Assembly: GCA_050298595.1 (NCBI GenBank)
Contig: JBNKUM010000008.1
Span: 160,001 to 224,000 of the forward strand
From: Gammaproteobacteria bacterium
Lineage (GTDB): Bacteria > Pseudomonadota > Gammaproteobacteria > GCA-001735895
Direction: 5' to 3'
DNA length: 64,000 nt
Shown here: positions 20,050 through 31,620 of the stretch, one piece after another
Position numbering within the stretch: position 1 is the first letter of the stretch
How the letters are laid out: every line of letters starts with the position of its first letter
The notes under the pieces: model-generated
The model's input: the letters and a program-made list of their open reading frames with translations, nothing else
Told to the model about the DNA's origin: nothing
Databases searched by the model: none
Translations under genes and position numbers: made by a program

Positions 20050-21228
20050 ATGATGGACAATCACTTGATGTCTACTTATAAGCCACTGCCAGTCACCTTT
20101 GAAAGAGGCGACGGTATATTCCTCTACGATGACCAGGACCAGCAGTACCTGGATGCGCTCTGTGGCATCTCTGTAACCAGCCTGGGTCATAATCACCCGG
20201 CAGTAACTGAGGCCATCACACGACAGGCTGCAAAACTTTTACATACTTCCAATCTTTATCACATCAGAAACCAGAAAAAGCTCGCCGACCTGTTATGTGA
20301 AGCTTCTGGAATGGAGCAGGTGTTTTTTGGCAACTCTGGCGCAGAAGCCAATGAAGCTGCGATTAAATTAGCACGCTTATACGGCCACAAAAACGACATT
20401 CAAAAACCCGAAATCGTAGTCATGGAAGGTAGCTTCCACGGGCGTACCATGGCAACACTATCAGCCACCGGCAACCGCAAGGTTCAGGCCGGTTTCGAAC
20501 CTCTGGTATCAGGTTTCGTTCGGGCTCCATACAATGACATCGAAGCACTTAAGATTATTGCACAAAATAACCGCAATGTGGTTGCTGTACTGGTTGAGGC
20601 GGTGCAGGGAGAAGGCGGTATCATTATTCCTGACAGCGGTTATCTAAAAGCAATCCGCGCCATCTGCGATGAACATAACTGGCTCATGATGCTGGATGAG
20701 ATTCAGACAGGCATGGCCAGAAGTGGGAGAATGTTTGCCTTTCAACACGAAGGCATTACTCCCGATGTAATGACCCTTGCCAAGGCTCTGGGGAATGGAA
20801 TACCTATCGGTGCCTGCCTGGCACAGGGTAAGGCCAGCAATGTTTTCCAGCCCGGCAATCATGGTTCAACCTTTGGCGGTAATCCTTTTGCCTGTGAGGT
20901 TGGATACACCGTCCTGCAAACCATGCTACAGCAAAACATTGCCGAAAATGCAAGGTTGCGGGGTGATCAACTAGCCAGTTACCTGAAACAAGAACTCGCC
21001 AATCAGGTAGCCATTAAAGAGATCAGAAATCTCGGTCTTCTTGTAGGCATTACATTGGATCGAGACTGTACCGAACTTGCCAAAATCGCTCTGGATAATC
21101 AGTTATTGATCAATATCACCGATGGCAGTGTCATCCGACTGTTACCGCCCCTGATCATTAATGAAGCCCAGATTACTGAGCTTGCGGACCGTCTGATCCT
21201 GTCCATCAATCAATTTATCAATCAGTAA
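20050..21228 (+). CDS. argD: Acetylornithine aminotransferase
   Basis: NSGAEANEAAIK, FHGRT, DEIQTG, TLAKALGNG; lies upstream of argF. Confidence 0.92.
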   Translation: MMDNHLMSTYKPLPVTFERGDGIFLYDDQDQQYLDALCGISVTSLGHNHPAVTEAITRQAAKLLHTSNLYHIRNQKKLADLLCEASGMEQVFFGNSGAEANEAAIKLARLYGHKNDIQKPEIVVMEGSFHGRTMATLSATGNRKVQAGFEPLVSGFVRAPYNDIEALKIIAQNNRNVVAVLVEAVQGEGGIIIPDSGYLKAIRAICDEHNWLMMLDEIQTGMARSGRMFAFQHEGITPDVMTLAKALGNGIPIGACLAQGKASNVFQPGNHGSTFGGNPFACEVGYTVLQTMLQQNIAENARLRGDQLASYLKQELANQVAIKEIRNLGLLVGITLDRDCTELAKIALDNQLLINITDGSVIRLLPPLIINEAQITELADRLILSINQFINQ

Positions 21229-21231
21229 GTT

Positions 21232-22143
21232 ATGCATACACGTCACTTTCTTAGCCTGTTAGATTTGTCTGGTGATGAGCTCAGATCGCTGATCGCACAT
21301 GCGATAGATGTAAAAAACAGGCTCAAACAAGGCATTGCTCATACGCCACTAGCAGGCAAGGTTATGGCGATGATCTTTGAAAAATCTTCAACCCGTACGC
21401 GAGTTTCATTTGAAAGCGGGATGAGTCAACTGGGTGGACATGCTATGTTCCTCGCTCCCAGAGACATCCAGTTGGGGCGCGGTGAACCCATCGAAGATAG
21501 CGCCAGAGTTATTTCCAGCATGGTGGACTGCATTATGATCCGGACATTTGGACATGATCGACTGGAGGCCTTTGCAAGCGCCTCCAGGTCTCCTGTAATT
21601 AACGGCCTTACCGATAAGCTACACCCCTGCCAGCTTCTGGCAGACATGCAAACCTGGTTTGAATGTCGTGGCGATATTAAAGGCGCCACCGTAACCTGGA
21701 TTGGCGATGGCAATAATATGTGCCATTCATATATCAATGCGGCACGTCAGTTTGACTTTCAATTACAGATAGGCTGTCCAGAGAACTATCAGCCCGACTC
21801 TGATGTTCTTGAAGCTGCCGGAGACAGAGTTAAAATTTTCCACAGTACTGAAGAAGCCGCTAAAGATGCTGACCTTATTGTGACCGATGTATGGGCCAGT
21901 ATGGGACAGGAAGAAGAACAGGAAGACCGTGTGAATGAATTCGCTAACTTTCAGGTTAATTCCGACATCATGCAAAAGGCACATAAAGAGGCCCTGTTTA
22001 TGCATTGCCTGCCCGCACATCGTGGCGAAGAAGTGACTGCAGAAGTGATTGATGGAGAACAAAGTGTGGTATGGCAGGAAGCTGAAAATCGTCTGCATGC
22101 GCAGAAAGCATTGCTGGAATTATTGATGCTAGGCCATTTCTAG
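21232..22143 (+). CDS. argF: Ornithine carbamoyltransferase
   Basis: [21 protein letters not shown]. Confidence 0.96.
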   Translation: MHTRHFLSLLDLSGDELRSLIAHAIDVKNRLKQGIAHTPLAGKVMAMIFEKSSTRTRVSFESGMSQLGGHAMFLAPRDIQLGRGEPIEDSARVISSMVDCIMIRTFGHDRLEAFASASRSPVINGLTDKLHPCQLLADMQTWFECRGDIKGATVTWIGDGNNMCHSYINAARQFDFQLQIGCPENYQPDSDVLEAAGDRVKIFHSTEEAAKDADLIVTDVWASMGQEEEQEDRVNEFANFQVNSDIMQKAHKEALFMHCLPAHRGEEVTAEVIDGEQSVVWQEAENRLHAQKALLELLMLGHF

Positions 22144-22184
22144 CCCAGCAAGCATATTCCCATTTATATTAGCTACAGCAGATA

Positions 22185-23393
22185 TCAACTTGCGATAATT
22201 TCAATTCGATCGCGCCCCTTTTTCTTGGCCTGATGCAGTGCTGTTTCAGCACGAGATATCAGATCTCTAGCAGAAATATTTTCATTCATAGGCGCGCAGC
22301 AAAGCCCTATCGAAATGGTTACCCATGGGCTAATTAAAGATTTTTCGTGTTGAATCTTTTGCTCATTCAATTTGCTGCGTACATTTTCCATCAGCATTTT
22401 TGCGCCTTCGCAAGATAATCCCGGCATTAAAATGCCAAACTCGGCCCCATTTAAACGAGCAACAACTTCATTCGATTTAATCACTTCACCCATTAATAAA
22501 TGAGCGATACTGGTAATCGTTCGGTTACCCATATCGTGACCATAGTGCAGGTTATATTCGCTGTAATAATCGACATTCAGCATCGCGATAGAAAGCGGTA
22601 ATTTATTATCAATATGTTTGCGACGCTGGATTTCAATCCCGACGCGAAAAGCACGAAAATTTGATGCCCCGGTTAATTCATCGGTCGTCGACAGGTTGTC
22701 CAGTTCCTTATTCGAGGATGCAACTGCATTCAAAAGACGCTGCAGATCATTCACCAGAATTTCATTATCAAATCTCAGATGCATGGTTTCAGCTATCATG
22801 GACTGCATACTACGCACACCCAGATAATAAGCACCAATCATAAACAGGTACATGCAACCAAGTACGATACCATCCGGGGTTCCTACCCAGAATAAATACA
22901 GCGTGACGGGCAGGATCATCAACAGTAGATAACTGCCATAGACAAGCATAGAGGTTGATAAATAGGCGATCGCCCCAGCACCAAGGCCCAGCAGAAAGAC
23001 GTGAAAAATAAACTGTAAATCATCGCTGATATAGGGCATCGCCAGAAGCGCGCCCATGCCCTGCCAGAATCCAACCAGATAAACCCCTAAGACAAATCGT
23101 TTTTTCCAAAAGCGATGGTTCAGATAGTCTTTGTTTTTAGCTCGGTCAAAAGATACCTTTAACCTGTACCTCAATGCCTGAAAGATTAACAGGCCAGCAA
23201 CCCAGGCATATACCCAGTTTTCCCGGTCCTGTAGCTGTAACTCATAAGAAGCCAGCAGCATGGCGACAACCGCAACCACCAGGGTAAATACCATCCCCAC
23301 ATTAAAACGGTCGTATAGGAATTTAACCAACTCGTGCTGCAGCAGATGGTAAGTACTGATGCTAAATTTTTGTTCCTGATTATTATTCATCAT
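22185..23393 (-). CDS. Multi-TM membrane protein with a degenerate GGDEF domain (start moved to ATG at 23393)
   Basis: About 6 TM helices; TDELTGASN; NVDYYSEYN and RLNGAEF in place of DIDxFK and RxGGEEF; AKKKGRDR. Confidence 0.8.
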   Translation of the reverse strand: MMNNNQEQKFSISTYHLLQHELVKFLYDRFNVGMVFTLVVAVVAMLLASYELQLQDRENWVYAWVAGLLIFQALRYRLKVSFDRAKNKDYLNHRFWKKRFVLGVYLVGFWQGMGALLAMPYISDDLQFIFHVFLLGLGAGAIAYLSTSMLVYGSYLLLMILPVTLYLFWVGTPDGIVLGCMYLFMIGAYYLGVRSMQSMIAETMHLRFDNEILVNDLQRLLNAVASSNKELDNLSTTDELTGASNFRAFRVGIEIQRRKHIDNKLPLSIAMLNVDYYSEYNLHYGHDMGNRTITSIAHLLMGEVIKSNEVVARLNGAEFGILMPGLSCEGAKMLMENVRSKLNEQKIQHEKSLISPWVTISIGLCCAPMNENISARDLISRAETALHQAKKKGRDRIEIIAS

Positions 23394-23543
23394 TCCATAC
23401 AATATTTTGATATGAAGATCAGACCATTGTAGTCCAATCGATAATTGTAAAACCACAGGAAACTGAATACTTTTAAAAAATTGTCTGGTACATTCAGCAA
23501 TTATTCTGGATATCATAATTTTTCTACTTAAAAAGTTTCAACT

Positions 23544-24839
23544 ATGACAACTACCGACTACATTCAATGGTTCAGAAGTGCTGCACCCTATATCAATGCA
23601 TTTAGAAAGAAAACTTTCGTCATTGTGTTATCGGGTGAAATGGTTAAATCTGACCTGTTTGATAACCTGATTCATGATATTGCTTTGTGCCACCACCTGG
23701 GCATTAAACTGGTACTGGTGCATGGTAGCCGATTTCAAATAGATCAGTTACTCAATCAGCATCAAGTAGAGCAAAAGCTACACAATAATATTCGTATTAG
23801 CGAAGTAAAACACATGCCATTGATTTTGCAGGCTATCGACCAGGTTAAAAACACCATCCTGGCTCGCCTGTCTATGGGACTGCCCAATACACCAATGTCG
23901 GGTTCGGATATATCCATCATAAGCGGTAATTTTATAATCGGTATGCCGCTAGGTATTATTGATGGAGTTGATATGCAACACAGTGGCAAGGTGCGCTCTG
24001 TTGATACGCAGTCAATAACCCAGCTTCTGGATCAACACATCGTCTTATTATCCAATGTTGGCTACTCAAAAAGCGGAGAGATCTTTAACCTCCAGGCTGA
24101 AGAGCTTGGTGAAAAAGTGGCTACAGCGCTGGCAGCAGAGAAACTGATTTATTTTAACCAGGACTACATAAGCAACCCGGTATCCGATCAGTTCTCCACC
24201 GATGATTGCATCAGCTTTATCAATGAAGAAAGCACATCAGACGCTTTGAAAGCATTACTGCAACATGCAGTTTCTGCGGTAACACATTCTGTAAACCGGG
24301 TACATATCATCGATGAAACATTGGATGGAGGCCTGTTGCAGGAGCTATTTACGCGAGATGGTGCCGGCATGATGGTAACCAACCTGTTCTACGAAGGCTT
24401 ACGTAAAGCCAGCATTGAAGATATCGGCGGCATACTTGAATTGATACAGCCTCTAGAGCAGGCTGGCGCCCTGATCAAACGCTCACGAGAACAACTAGAG
24501 CTAGAAATAGATGCATTTCTGGTTATTGAAAGGGATGGGATGATAATAGCCTGTATCGCCTGTATCGCTGACCTTGAGAATAAAATTGCCGAAGTCGCCT
24601 GCGTTGCTGTACACCCTGATTATCGTAAATGCGGCTATGGCGATCAGCTATTGACTGCGGTTGAACTTACCGCTCGTAAACTCAAATTAAATCATTTATA
24701 TATCCTCACTACCCGAACCATGCACTGGTTTCTGGAAAAGGGGTTTGTAGAAAATACCCTGCAATTTTTACCCGACTACAAGGCCAGAAACTATAACCAG
24801 CAAAGGAAATCCCGCATCATGACCAAGGCGTTAGGTTAA
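23544..24839 (+). CDS. argA: N-acetylglutamate synthase (kinase-like plus GNAT domains)
   Basis: WFRSAAPYINAFR, LLQELFTRDG, TTRTMHWF. Confidence 0.95.
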   Translation: MTTTDYIQWFRSAAPYINAFRKKTFVIVLSGEMVKSDLFDNLIHDIALCHHLGIKLVLVHGSRFQIDQLLNQHQVEQKLHNNIRISEVKHMPLILQAIDQVKNTILARLSMGLPNTPMSGSDISIISGNFIIGMPLGIIDGVDMQHSGKVRSVDTQSITQLLDQHIVLLSNVGYSKSGEIFNLQAEELGEKVATALAAEKLIYFNQDYISNPVSDQFSTDDCISFINEESTSDALKALLQHAVSAVTHSVNRVHIIDETLDGGLLQELFTRDGAGMMVTNLFYEGLRKASIEDIGGILELIQPLEQAGALIKRSREQLELEIDAFLVIERDGMIIACIACIADLENKIAEVACVAVHPDYRKCGYGDQLLTAVELTARKLKLNHLYILTTRTMHWFLEKGFVENTLQFLPDYKARNYNQQRKSRIMTKALG

Positions 24840-24846
24840 TTAGACT

Positions 24847-25776
24847 ATGGCATATGACTTAAGTAATTATCTGGTCATTGGTATTTCATCTCGCGCCCTT
24901 TTTGATTTGACCGTTGAGAATGAAATCTACGAAAAGCAGGGTCTGGAAGCCTACTGTAAGTACCAGCTCGAACACGAAAACGACATTCTGCATCCAGGCA
25001 CCGGCTTCGCGTTGATCGAAGCCATGCTCAAAATCAACCATATAGATGCTGCTAAACGACGCACTGAAGTGGTCATCGTCTCACGTAACTCAGCCGATAC
25101 CAGTTTGCGCATCTCCAATTCTATCGACCACTATAAGCTGGACATCACCCGGGCAGCTTTCACCGGTGGTGAGCCGGTGGCGAAATATCTGAATGCCTTT
25201 GATGTCGATCTATTCCTGTCGGCCACCGAAGAGGATGTTCAGGCAGCTGTTGAGTCAAATGTTGCTTCCGGACTGATTTACGACGCGCCGTCAAAAAATG
25301 CCGCCAAGCCACTGGAACAGATCCGCATTGCTTTCGACGGTGATGCGGTATTGTTTTCAGAAGAATCAGAGATAATCTATCAGGAACAAGGACTGGAAGC
25401 CTTTATCGCACACGAAAAACTTAACGCAACACTTCCCTTACCCGAGGGACCGTTTGCCAAACTACTGAAGACACTATCGTTTCTTCAATTCGAACTGGAT
25501 GGCACTTTTGAGGGCCCACCACCCATACGTACAGCACTGGTAACCGCGCGTAACAGTCCGGCGCACGAACGCGTAATTCGCACATTACGTGCATGGAATG
25601 TCAGAATAGATGAAACATTCTTCCTTGGAGGGGTTCCTAAGGATCGAGTACTAGCCTCTTTTTTGCCGCATATCTTTTTTGATGATCAACATCGTCATTG
25701 CGACGATGCTTCCAGGGTGGTACCCACAGCGCGGGTACCCTACCCCAAAAACGGCGCTAAAACAGCAGAATCGTAA
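24847..25776 (+). CDS. 5'-nucleotidase (cN-I-like family)
   Basis: ISSRALFDL, IAFDGDAVLFS, PHIFFDDQ. Confidence 0.9.
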   Translation: MAYDLSNYLVIGISSRALFDLTVENEIYEKQGLEAYCKYQLEHENDILHPGTGFALIEAMLKINHIDAAKRRTEVVIVSRNSADTSLRISNSIDHYKLDITRAAFTGGEPVAKYLNAFDVDLFLSATEEDVQAAVESNVASGLIYDAPSKNAAKPLEQIRIAFDGDAVLFSEESEIIYQEQGLEAFIAHEKLNATLPLPEGPFAKLLKTLSFLQFELDGTFEGPPPIRTALVTARNSPAHERVIRTLRAWNVRIDETFFLGGVPKDRVLASFLPHIFFDDQHRHCDDASRVVPTARVPYPKNGAKTAES

Positions 25777-25779
25777 CAA

Positions 25780-26196
25780 TCAATCGTCGCGATGCTGTTT
25801 CTCCAGTCTTTCATGCTTTTCCTGTGCTTCGATAGTTAACGTAGCAATAGGACGAGCTTCTAGCCGAGATAAACCAATTTCATCTCCTGTATCATCACAA
25901 TAGCCATAAGAGCCATCTGAGATACGCGACATGGCTGAGTCTATCTTATTCACCAGCTTACGATAGCGATCACGAGTACGTAACTCTAAAGCCGCATCGG
26001 TTTCAAGGCTTGCACGATCATTGATATCAGGCTCCTGCCAGTTCTCTTCTTTCAGATGAGAAATGGTGTTTTCAGATTCCTGTAACAATTCTGCTCGCCA
26101 CTTAAGCAGCTTACGACGAAAATATTCTAGTTGCTGCGGAGACATGTATTCTTCATCAGCAGAAGGCTTATAGCCTTCCGGCAGTTCAATAGTCAT
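25780..26196 (-). CDS. dksA: RNA polymerase-binding factor DksA, single-Cys form
   Basis: EEYMSPQQLEYFR, DINDRA coiled-coil tip, RLEARP. Confidence 0.93.
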   Translation of the reverse strand: MTIELPEGYKPSADEEYMSPQQLEYFRRKLLKWRAELLQESENTISHLKEENWQEPDINDRASLETDAALELRTRDRYRKLVNKIDSAMSRISDGSYGYCDDTGDEIGLSRLEARPIATLTIEAQEKHERLEKQHRDD

Positions 26197-26239
26197 CCAG
26201 AGTCCTCCTGTGAACCCAAGGTGGGGAAAAACGGCAGGA

Positions 26240-26268
26240 AGTATAGGCAGGTTTCGACTTCACGGCAA
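26240..26268 (-). promoter_or_regulatory. Sigma70 promoter of dksA
   Basis: TTGCCG-17 bp-TATACT on the minus strand. Confidence 0.65.
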
Positions 26269-26340
26269 GCTGATGATGAATTTAAATCAATTCATCACCA
26301 GGGTTTGCGGAAAAATATCGAATTTACCAGCTGTTATTAA

Positions 26341-27210
26341 TCAGCCCAGTAACTTTGCCATAGCTTCACCAATACGCGACGGTGAGTTTACAGTAGTCAC
26401 ACCAGCCGCCTGTAATGCAGCAAACTTTTCGTCTGCTGTACCCTTGCCCCCGGCAATGATAGCGCCTGCGTGCCCCATACGCTTGCCTTTAGGAGCCGTA
26501 ACTCCAGCAATATAGGAAACCACAGGTTTGGAGAAATGCTTACTGATGTATTCAGCAGCCTGCTCTTCAGCATTACCACCGATTTCACCAACCATAACAA
26601 CACCTTCCGTTTCTGGATCTTGCTCAAACAATTCAAGACAATCGATAAAGTTCATGCCCTGGATAGGGTCACCACCTATACCGATACAGGTAGTTTGGCC
26701 AAGTCCATTCTGTGTAGTTTGATGTACCGCTTCATAAGTCAGGGTGCCAGACCGAGAAATGATCCCGACTCGACCTTTTTGATGGATTGCACCCGGCATG
26801 ATACCGATTTTGCACTCACCTGAGGTGATAATACCAGGGCAGTTAGGACCGATCAGATAACTGTCAGAGCCATCCAGCACCGCCTTAACCTTCAGCATAT
26901 CCTGCACAGGAATATGCTCAGTAATACAAACAATGACCTTGATGCCTGCATCAGCAGCTTCCAGTATGGCATCCGCACAAAATGCGGCGGGCACATAAAT
27001 CATGGTAGCTTCTGCACCGGTTTGCCTGACCGCATCGGCTACCGTATCAAATACCGGCATACTCAAATGGGTCTGACCACCTTTACCAGGAGTCACACCA
27101 CCGACCATCCTGGTACCATAAGCAACGGCTTGCTCAGAATGAAATGTACCCTGCTTACCGGTAAAACCCTGGCAGATCACTTTAGTGTCTTTATTGATTA
27201 AGATACTCAT
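26341..27210 (-). CDS. sucD: Succinyl-CoA synthetase alpha subunit
   Basis: [24 protein letters not shown]. Confidence 0.97.
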   Translation of the reverse strand: MSILINKDTKVICQGFTGKQGTFHSEQAVAYGTRMVGGVTPGKGGQTHLSMPVFDTVADAVRQTGAEATMIYVPAAFCADAILEAADAGIKVIVCITEHIPVQDMLKVKAVLDGSDSYLIGPNCPGIITSGECKIGIMPGAIHQKGRVGIISRSGTLTYEAVHQTTQNGLGQTTCIGIGGDPIQGMNFIDCLELFEQDPETEGVVMVGEIGGNAEEQAAEYISKHFSKPVVSYIAGVTAPKGKRMGHAGAIIAGGKGTADEKFAALQAAGVTTVNSPSRIGEAMAKLLG

Positions 27211-28376
27211 GCCACACCTCCGATTGAAGCAACAGCCTTTTTAGCGCCATCCTCCAGATTATCCGCAGAAATAATTTCAACATCGCTTTCTGCCAGCAAA
27301 GCCTTACCCTGTTCAACATTAGTACCTTCCAGTCTGACTATTACCGGGATACTGACCCCTACCTCCTTCACTGCACGGATAATGCCGTCAGCAATCAGGT
27401 CACAGCGAACGATGCCACCAAAGATATTCACCAGAATCGCTTTTACATTGGTATCTGAGAGAATCAGTTTAAAGGCTTCCGCCACTTTCTCAGCCGTGGT
27501 ACCACCCCCTACATCAAGGAAGTTGGCCGGATCACCGCCCTGTAGCTTAATTTCATCCATGGTTGCCATAGCCAGCCCAGCACCATTTACCATACAGCCG
27601 ATATTGCCATCCAGAGATACATAGTTAAGACCATGTGCATCGGCTTCCAGCTCGCGTGCATTTTCCTGAGTAGTATCACGTAATTTGACGAGTTCAGGTT
27701 GGCGATACAGCGCATTGTCATCTATACCCACCTTGGCATCCAGCGCCATAAGGTCACCCTGTTTGGTCACGATTAACGGGTTGATTTCGATCAGGCTGAC
27801 ATCGTGCTGAGTAAAAATCTTGTACAGGCCATGCATAATTGCAGCCAGCTGTTTGATCTGATCACCTTGCAGCCCCAGGCCAAAAGCAATCTGACGGGTT
27901 TGGTAGGGTTGCAGGCCAGCAATAGGATCAACCTTAACCTTAAGGATTTTTTCTGGTTGAGTTGCTGCCACCTCTTCTATATCCATACCGCCTTCGGCTG
28001 ATGCCATAAAAACAATACGACGACTGGAACGATCGATCAGAGCCCCCAGATAGATTTCACGCTCGATATCAGATAACGATTCAATCAACACTCGGCTAAT
28101 AGGAAGGCCATCACTGTCAGTTTGATGAGTTACCAGAGTGGTGCCCAGATAACCTTTTACGATTTCAGCGAGCTCAGCCTCACTCTTGACGATTTTTACC
28201 CCCCCCGCTTTGCCACGGCCTCCAGCGTGAACCTGAGCCTTAACAATCCAGCTTTCACCGCCGAGTTGTTTTGCAATAGCTTGAGCTTCATCCACATTGA
28301 ATGCAGCCTTGCCGTCTGGCACAGGGATATTAAATGTTCTAAATAGGTCTTTAGATTGATGTTCGTGTAAATTCAT
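27207..28376 (-). CDS. sucC: Succinyl-CoA synthetase beta subunit
   Basis: [33 protein letters not shown]. Confidence 0.97.
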   Translation of the reverse strand: MNLHEHQSKDLFRTFNIPVPDGKAAFNVDEAQAIAKQLGGESWIVKAQVHAGGRGKAGGVKIVKSEAELAEIVKGYLGTTLVTHQTDSDGLPISRVLIESLSDIEREIYLGALIDRSSRRIVFMASAEGGMDIEEVAATQPEKILKVKVDPIAGLQPYQTRQIAFGLGLQGDQIKQLAAIMHGLYKIFTQHDVSLIEINPLIVTKQGDLMALDAKVGIDDNALYRQPELVKLRDTTQENARELEADAHGLNYVSLDGNIGCMVNGAGLAMATMDEIKLQGGDPANFLDVGGGTTAEKVAEAFKLILSDTNVKAILVNIFGGIVRCDLIADGIIRAVKEVGVSIPVIVRLEGTNVEQGKALLAESDVEIISADNLEDGAKKAVASIGGVA

Positions 28377-28486
28377 ATGGCGATTGATCCCTTTTAGGAT
28401 TGTTGAAGGATTATTGTTATGAGTTCGAATTAATCATAGACTAATGACCTGAAACGCAACAACCAATAATTTTTTCTTATGTGTAT

Positions 28487-28714
28487 ATGATTTTTAGACT
28501 ACTGCTACTGTTCCTTATTGTCTGGTTTCTGATCTGGATGTTTAAAAAACAATTCTCCCAGAAACCATCAGATAACTCGTCTTCCAATCAACAGGAGGCT
28601 GAAGACATGCTGGCTTGCCACCACTGTGGTACGCACGTACCCAGATCACTGGGGCTTACAGAGAATGGAAAATTTTACTGTTGTAAAGAACATGCTGAAC
28701 TAGATGAACGATAA
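28487..28714 (+). CDS. Small membrane protein with CxxC...CC motif (PP0621 family)
   Basis: N-terminal TM, MLACHHCGTHVP...FYCCKEH; usual position upstream of pilS. Confidence 0.8.
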   Translation: MIFRLLLLFLIVWFLIWMFKKQFSQKPSDNSSSNQQEAEDMLACHHCGTHVPRSLGLTENGKFYCCKEHAELDER

Positions 28715-30284
28715 GTCACACGTTCATTTTGGCTATAAACAGCGTTCCTCCAACTGGACCTCACTCAGATTACTGAATATTTTCAGGGTTGCTGTCGCGG
28801 CGATTTTTTTCGCACAAAGCTTCCTAAGCAATTCACCACTGATATATATCCAGAATTTGTCACTGTATGCATGGACCAGTTTTGCCTACCTTTTACTATC
28901 ACTGGTGATGACACTGGCAGCCTGGATAGACCGGCGCAACTTTCAACTTCAGATCAGTCTACAAACTTACACCGATATCATCGCCATCATTTTATTGATG
29001 CATGCATGCGGGGGGATTAGCAGTGGTTTGGGCACGTTATTAATCATTTCAATAGCGATTAGCGGCTTGCTTGGAAAGAACTCCCTGGCAACCATATTTG
29101 CTTCCCTTGCATCGGTTTTACTGTTATCCGAGTACAGCTACTCTTCATTTCATTCAATTTCGAGCGGGTCTTCTACACAGGTTGGGTTACTGGGTGCAGC
29201 ACTTTTCGCTACCGCGCTGGTCACTCAAACCTTAACCAAACGCATAAGCTCATCTGAAGAGGTCATCAAACAGCAGAAATTAGATGTCGCAAACCTGGCC
29301 GCATTAAATTCAGAAATACTGCAAAACATGCAATCCGGTGTCATTGCTCTGGACAGTCTTGACCAGGTGAGGCACATCAATGATATCGCTCGTAACATGT
29401 TACATATAAAGGATGATATTAAAATTCCTTTTAGTTTACGAAAACATTTACCCGATATTTATCAGTCACTTAAACTCTGGCATGGCGATATTACAGAGTC
29501 CAAGATTCTGCTACCCACTCAGAGTGGTGACAATAATATTCAGGTCTATTTTCAGGACATGCACTCCACATCGCACAACGGCACACTGATATTCCTGGAT
29601 GATATCTCCAAAATCAGACACCAGATGCAGCAATCCAAACTGGCATCACTCGGACAACTCACCGCAAATATCGCGCATGAAATCCGCAACCCACTGGCTG
29701 CCATTTCGCACGCAGCCCAGTTGATCGCGGAAAATGAAGGCCTGCCCGATTTGGAAAAACGACTCACACAAATTATCAGCCAGCACTCGGAGCGAATTAA
29801 CGCCATCATTGAAGATATCATGCAAATATCACGTGGCAGGATCGCCAGTCAGGATAAAATCGTACTAAAAGACTGGCTTCAACACTTTGTAGATGCCTTT
29901 TACCAGACTGGGGAAAACAAACAGGAATGTTTTGATTTACAGGTAGAAAGTGAACAGTTAGAAGTGATATTTGACAGCGGTCATCTTAATCGTATTCTGA
30001 CCAATCTTTGTAATAATGCCAAAACACATGGCAAGGCCGATTTTCCGATAACCATTAAAATCTCTCAGGACGAACACCAGACAACGCATATCGAGGTAGC
30101 AGACAGGGGTAAAGGCATAAGTGATAAGGAAATGGACAAAATTTTCGAGCCTTTCTACACCACTAGCCACAAGGGATCAGGTTTGGGTCTATATATAGTC
30201 AGCCAGCTATGCGAGTTGAACGACGCTCAGATTAAGGTAAGCCGAAATGAGTTCGGTGGTACCAGTTTTATCATTTCAAAATAA
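28704..30284 (+). CDS. pilS: Sensor histidine kinase PilS
   Basis: 6 TM helices, PAS-like region, AHEIRNPL, G boxes; lies upstream of pilR-pilA. Confidence 0.9.
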   Translation: MNDKSHVHFGYKQRSSNWTSLRLLNIFRVAVAAIFFAQSFLSNSPLIYIQNLSLYAWTSFAYLLLSLVMTLAAWIDRRNFQLQISLQTYTDIIAIILLMHACGGISSGLGTLLIISIAISGLLGKNSLATIFASLASVLLLSEYSYSSFHSISSGSSTQVGLLGAALFATALVTQTLTKRISSSEEVIKQQKLDVANLAALNSEILQNMQSGVIALDSLDQVRHINDIARNMLHIKDDIKIPFSLRKHLPDIYQSLKLWHGDITESKILLPTQSGDNNIQVYFQDMHSTSHNGTLIFLDDISKIRHQMQQSKLASLGQLTANIAHEIRNPLAAISHAAQLIAENEGLPDLEKRLTQIISQHSERINAIIEDIMQISRGRIASQDKIVLKDWLQHFVDAFYQTGENKQECFDLQVESEQLEVIFDSGHLNRILTNLCNNAKTHGKADFPITIKISQDEHQTTHIEVADRGKGISDKEMDKIFEPFYTTSHKGSGLGLYIVSQLCELNDAQIKVSRNEFGGTSFIISK

Positions 30285-30293
30285 ATATCAGCG

Positions 30294-31619
30294 ATGAATA
30301 AACAAACAGTATTGGTAGTAGATGATGAACCAGACATCCTTGAACTGCTGGAAATCACCCTGATGCGTATGAATCTGCAGGTGAAATGCGCCGAAGATTA
30401 CAGCTCAGCCACACGCCTGATTCATGAAAACCGCTTTGACTTTTGCCTTACCGATATGAAACTACCGGATGGTGATGGGATATCGCTGGTGCAATACATT
30501 CAGCAGCATCGCCCGAACATGCCGGTCGCCGTCATTACAGCACATGGTAATATGGAGCTCGCGATCAAGGCCATGAAAGCAGGCGCTTATGACTTTGTAT
30601 CCAAACCGGTATCGCTGGATAAACTCAGAAACCTGATTGAAAAAGGCATCCAGACCTCTCAAACCGAAGAGATCACTACTGATCCACAGGCCCGTTTCCA
30701 GATTATCGGCCAGTCAAAACAGATCCAGACCCTGCGTGAAACCATCAAGAAATTTGCTCGCAGCCAGGCACCGGTTTTCATTGAAGGCGATTCCGGTACA
30801 GGTAAAGAGCTGGTCGCACGTCAGATACACCAACACAGTGCACGTAATCATTACCCTTTTATTGCTGTCAACTGCGGCGCCATACCAGGTGAACTCATGG
30901 AAAGCGAACTGTTTGGCCATCTGAAAGGTAGCTTCACCGGCGCGATACAGGATAACCCTGGGTTATTTCGTGCCGCAGAAGGCGGCACATTATTTCTGGA
31001 TGAAATTGCCGATTTACCCTTAGCCATGCAGGTCAAGCTATTGCGTGTAATTCAGGAAAAAAGCATACGTCCAGTGGGTGGGCAAAAAGAAATCAGCATC
31101 GACGTCAGAATCATCAGTGCTTCGCATAAAAACCTGCAACAATTGGTGGCTTCAGGAGAATTTCGCCAGGATCTCTACTATCGAATCAATGTAATCGGCA
31201 TACAGGTGCCCGCTTTAAAGCAACGTAGCGAAGATATTCAGCTATTAGCCGAGCATATACTGAAACGCCTAAGTCAGGAAAATGGGATGCAATACACTTT
31301 GGGGCAAAGCGCAATTAACGCATTTCAACATTACGGCTTTCCCGGCAATGTACGTGAACTGGAAAACATACTGGAACGTGCCTGTGCATTGGCCGAAACC
31401 AATCAGATCAACGAGCAGGATCTTCAATTACCCCAAATACCTGTCCCACCATCAAACCAGATCAGCCTGTTAGACCAGACCACTGAACTTGAAGCCAATG
31501 CTCTGGAAAAAGCCCTGATAGAGAATAAATGGAATCAATCGGCTGCCGCCAGACAGCTCGGTATCACCCTGAGACAACTCAGATACCGCTGCGAAAAAAT
31601 GGGAATACTGGGTAAATAA
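30294..31619 (+). CDS. pilR: Sigma54-dependent response regulator PilR
   Basis: REC domain, GDSGTGKE, GSFTGA, Fis-type HTH. Confidence 0.92.
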   Translation: MNKQTVLVVDDEPDILELLEITLMRMNLQVKCAEDYSSATRLIHENRFDFCLTDMKLPDGDGISLVQYIQQHRPNMPVAVITAHGNMELAIKAMKAGAYDFVSKPVSLDKLRNLIEKGIQTSQTEEITTDPQARFQIIGQSKQIQTLRETIKKFARSQAPVFIEGDSGTGKELVARQIHQHSARNHYPFIAVNCGAIPGELMESELFGHLKGSFTGAIQDNPGLFRAAEGGTLFLDEIADLPLAMQVKLLRVIQEKSIRPVGGQKEISIDVRIISASHKNLQQLVASGEFRQDLYYRINVIGIQVPALKQRSEDIQLLAEHILKRLSQENGMQYTLGQSAINAFQHYGFPGNVRELENILERACALAETNQINEQDLQLPQIPVPPSNQISLLDQTTELEANALEKALIENKWNQSAAARQLGITLRQLRYRCEKMGILGK

Positions 31620-31620
31620 A

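Noticed and set aside
24549-24568. 9-bp tandem repeat in argA (ACIACIA)
   Set aside because: In frame, only two copies, and no evidence for phase variation.
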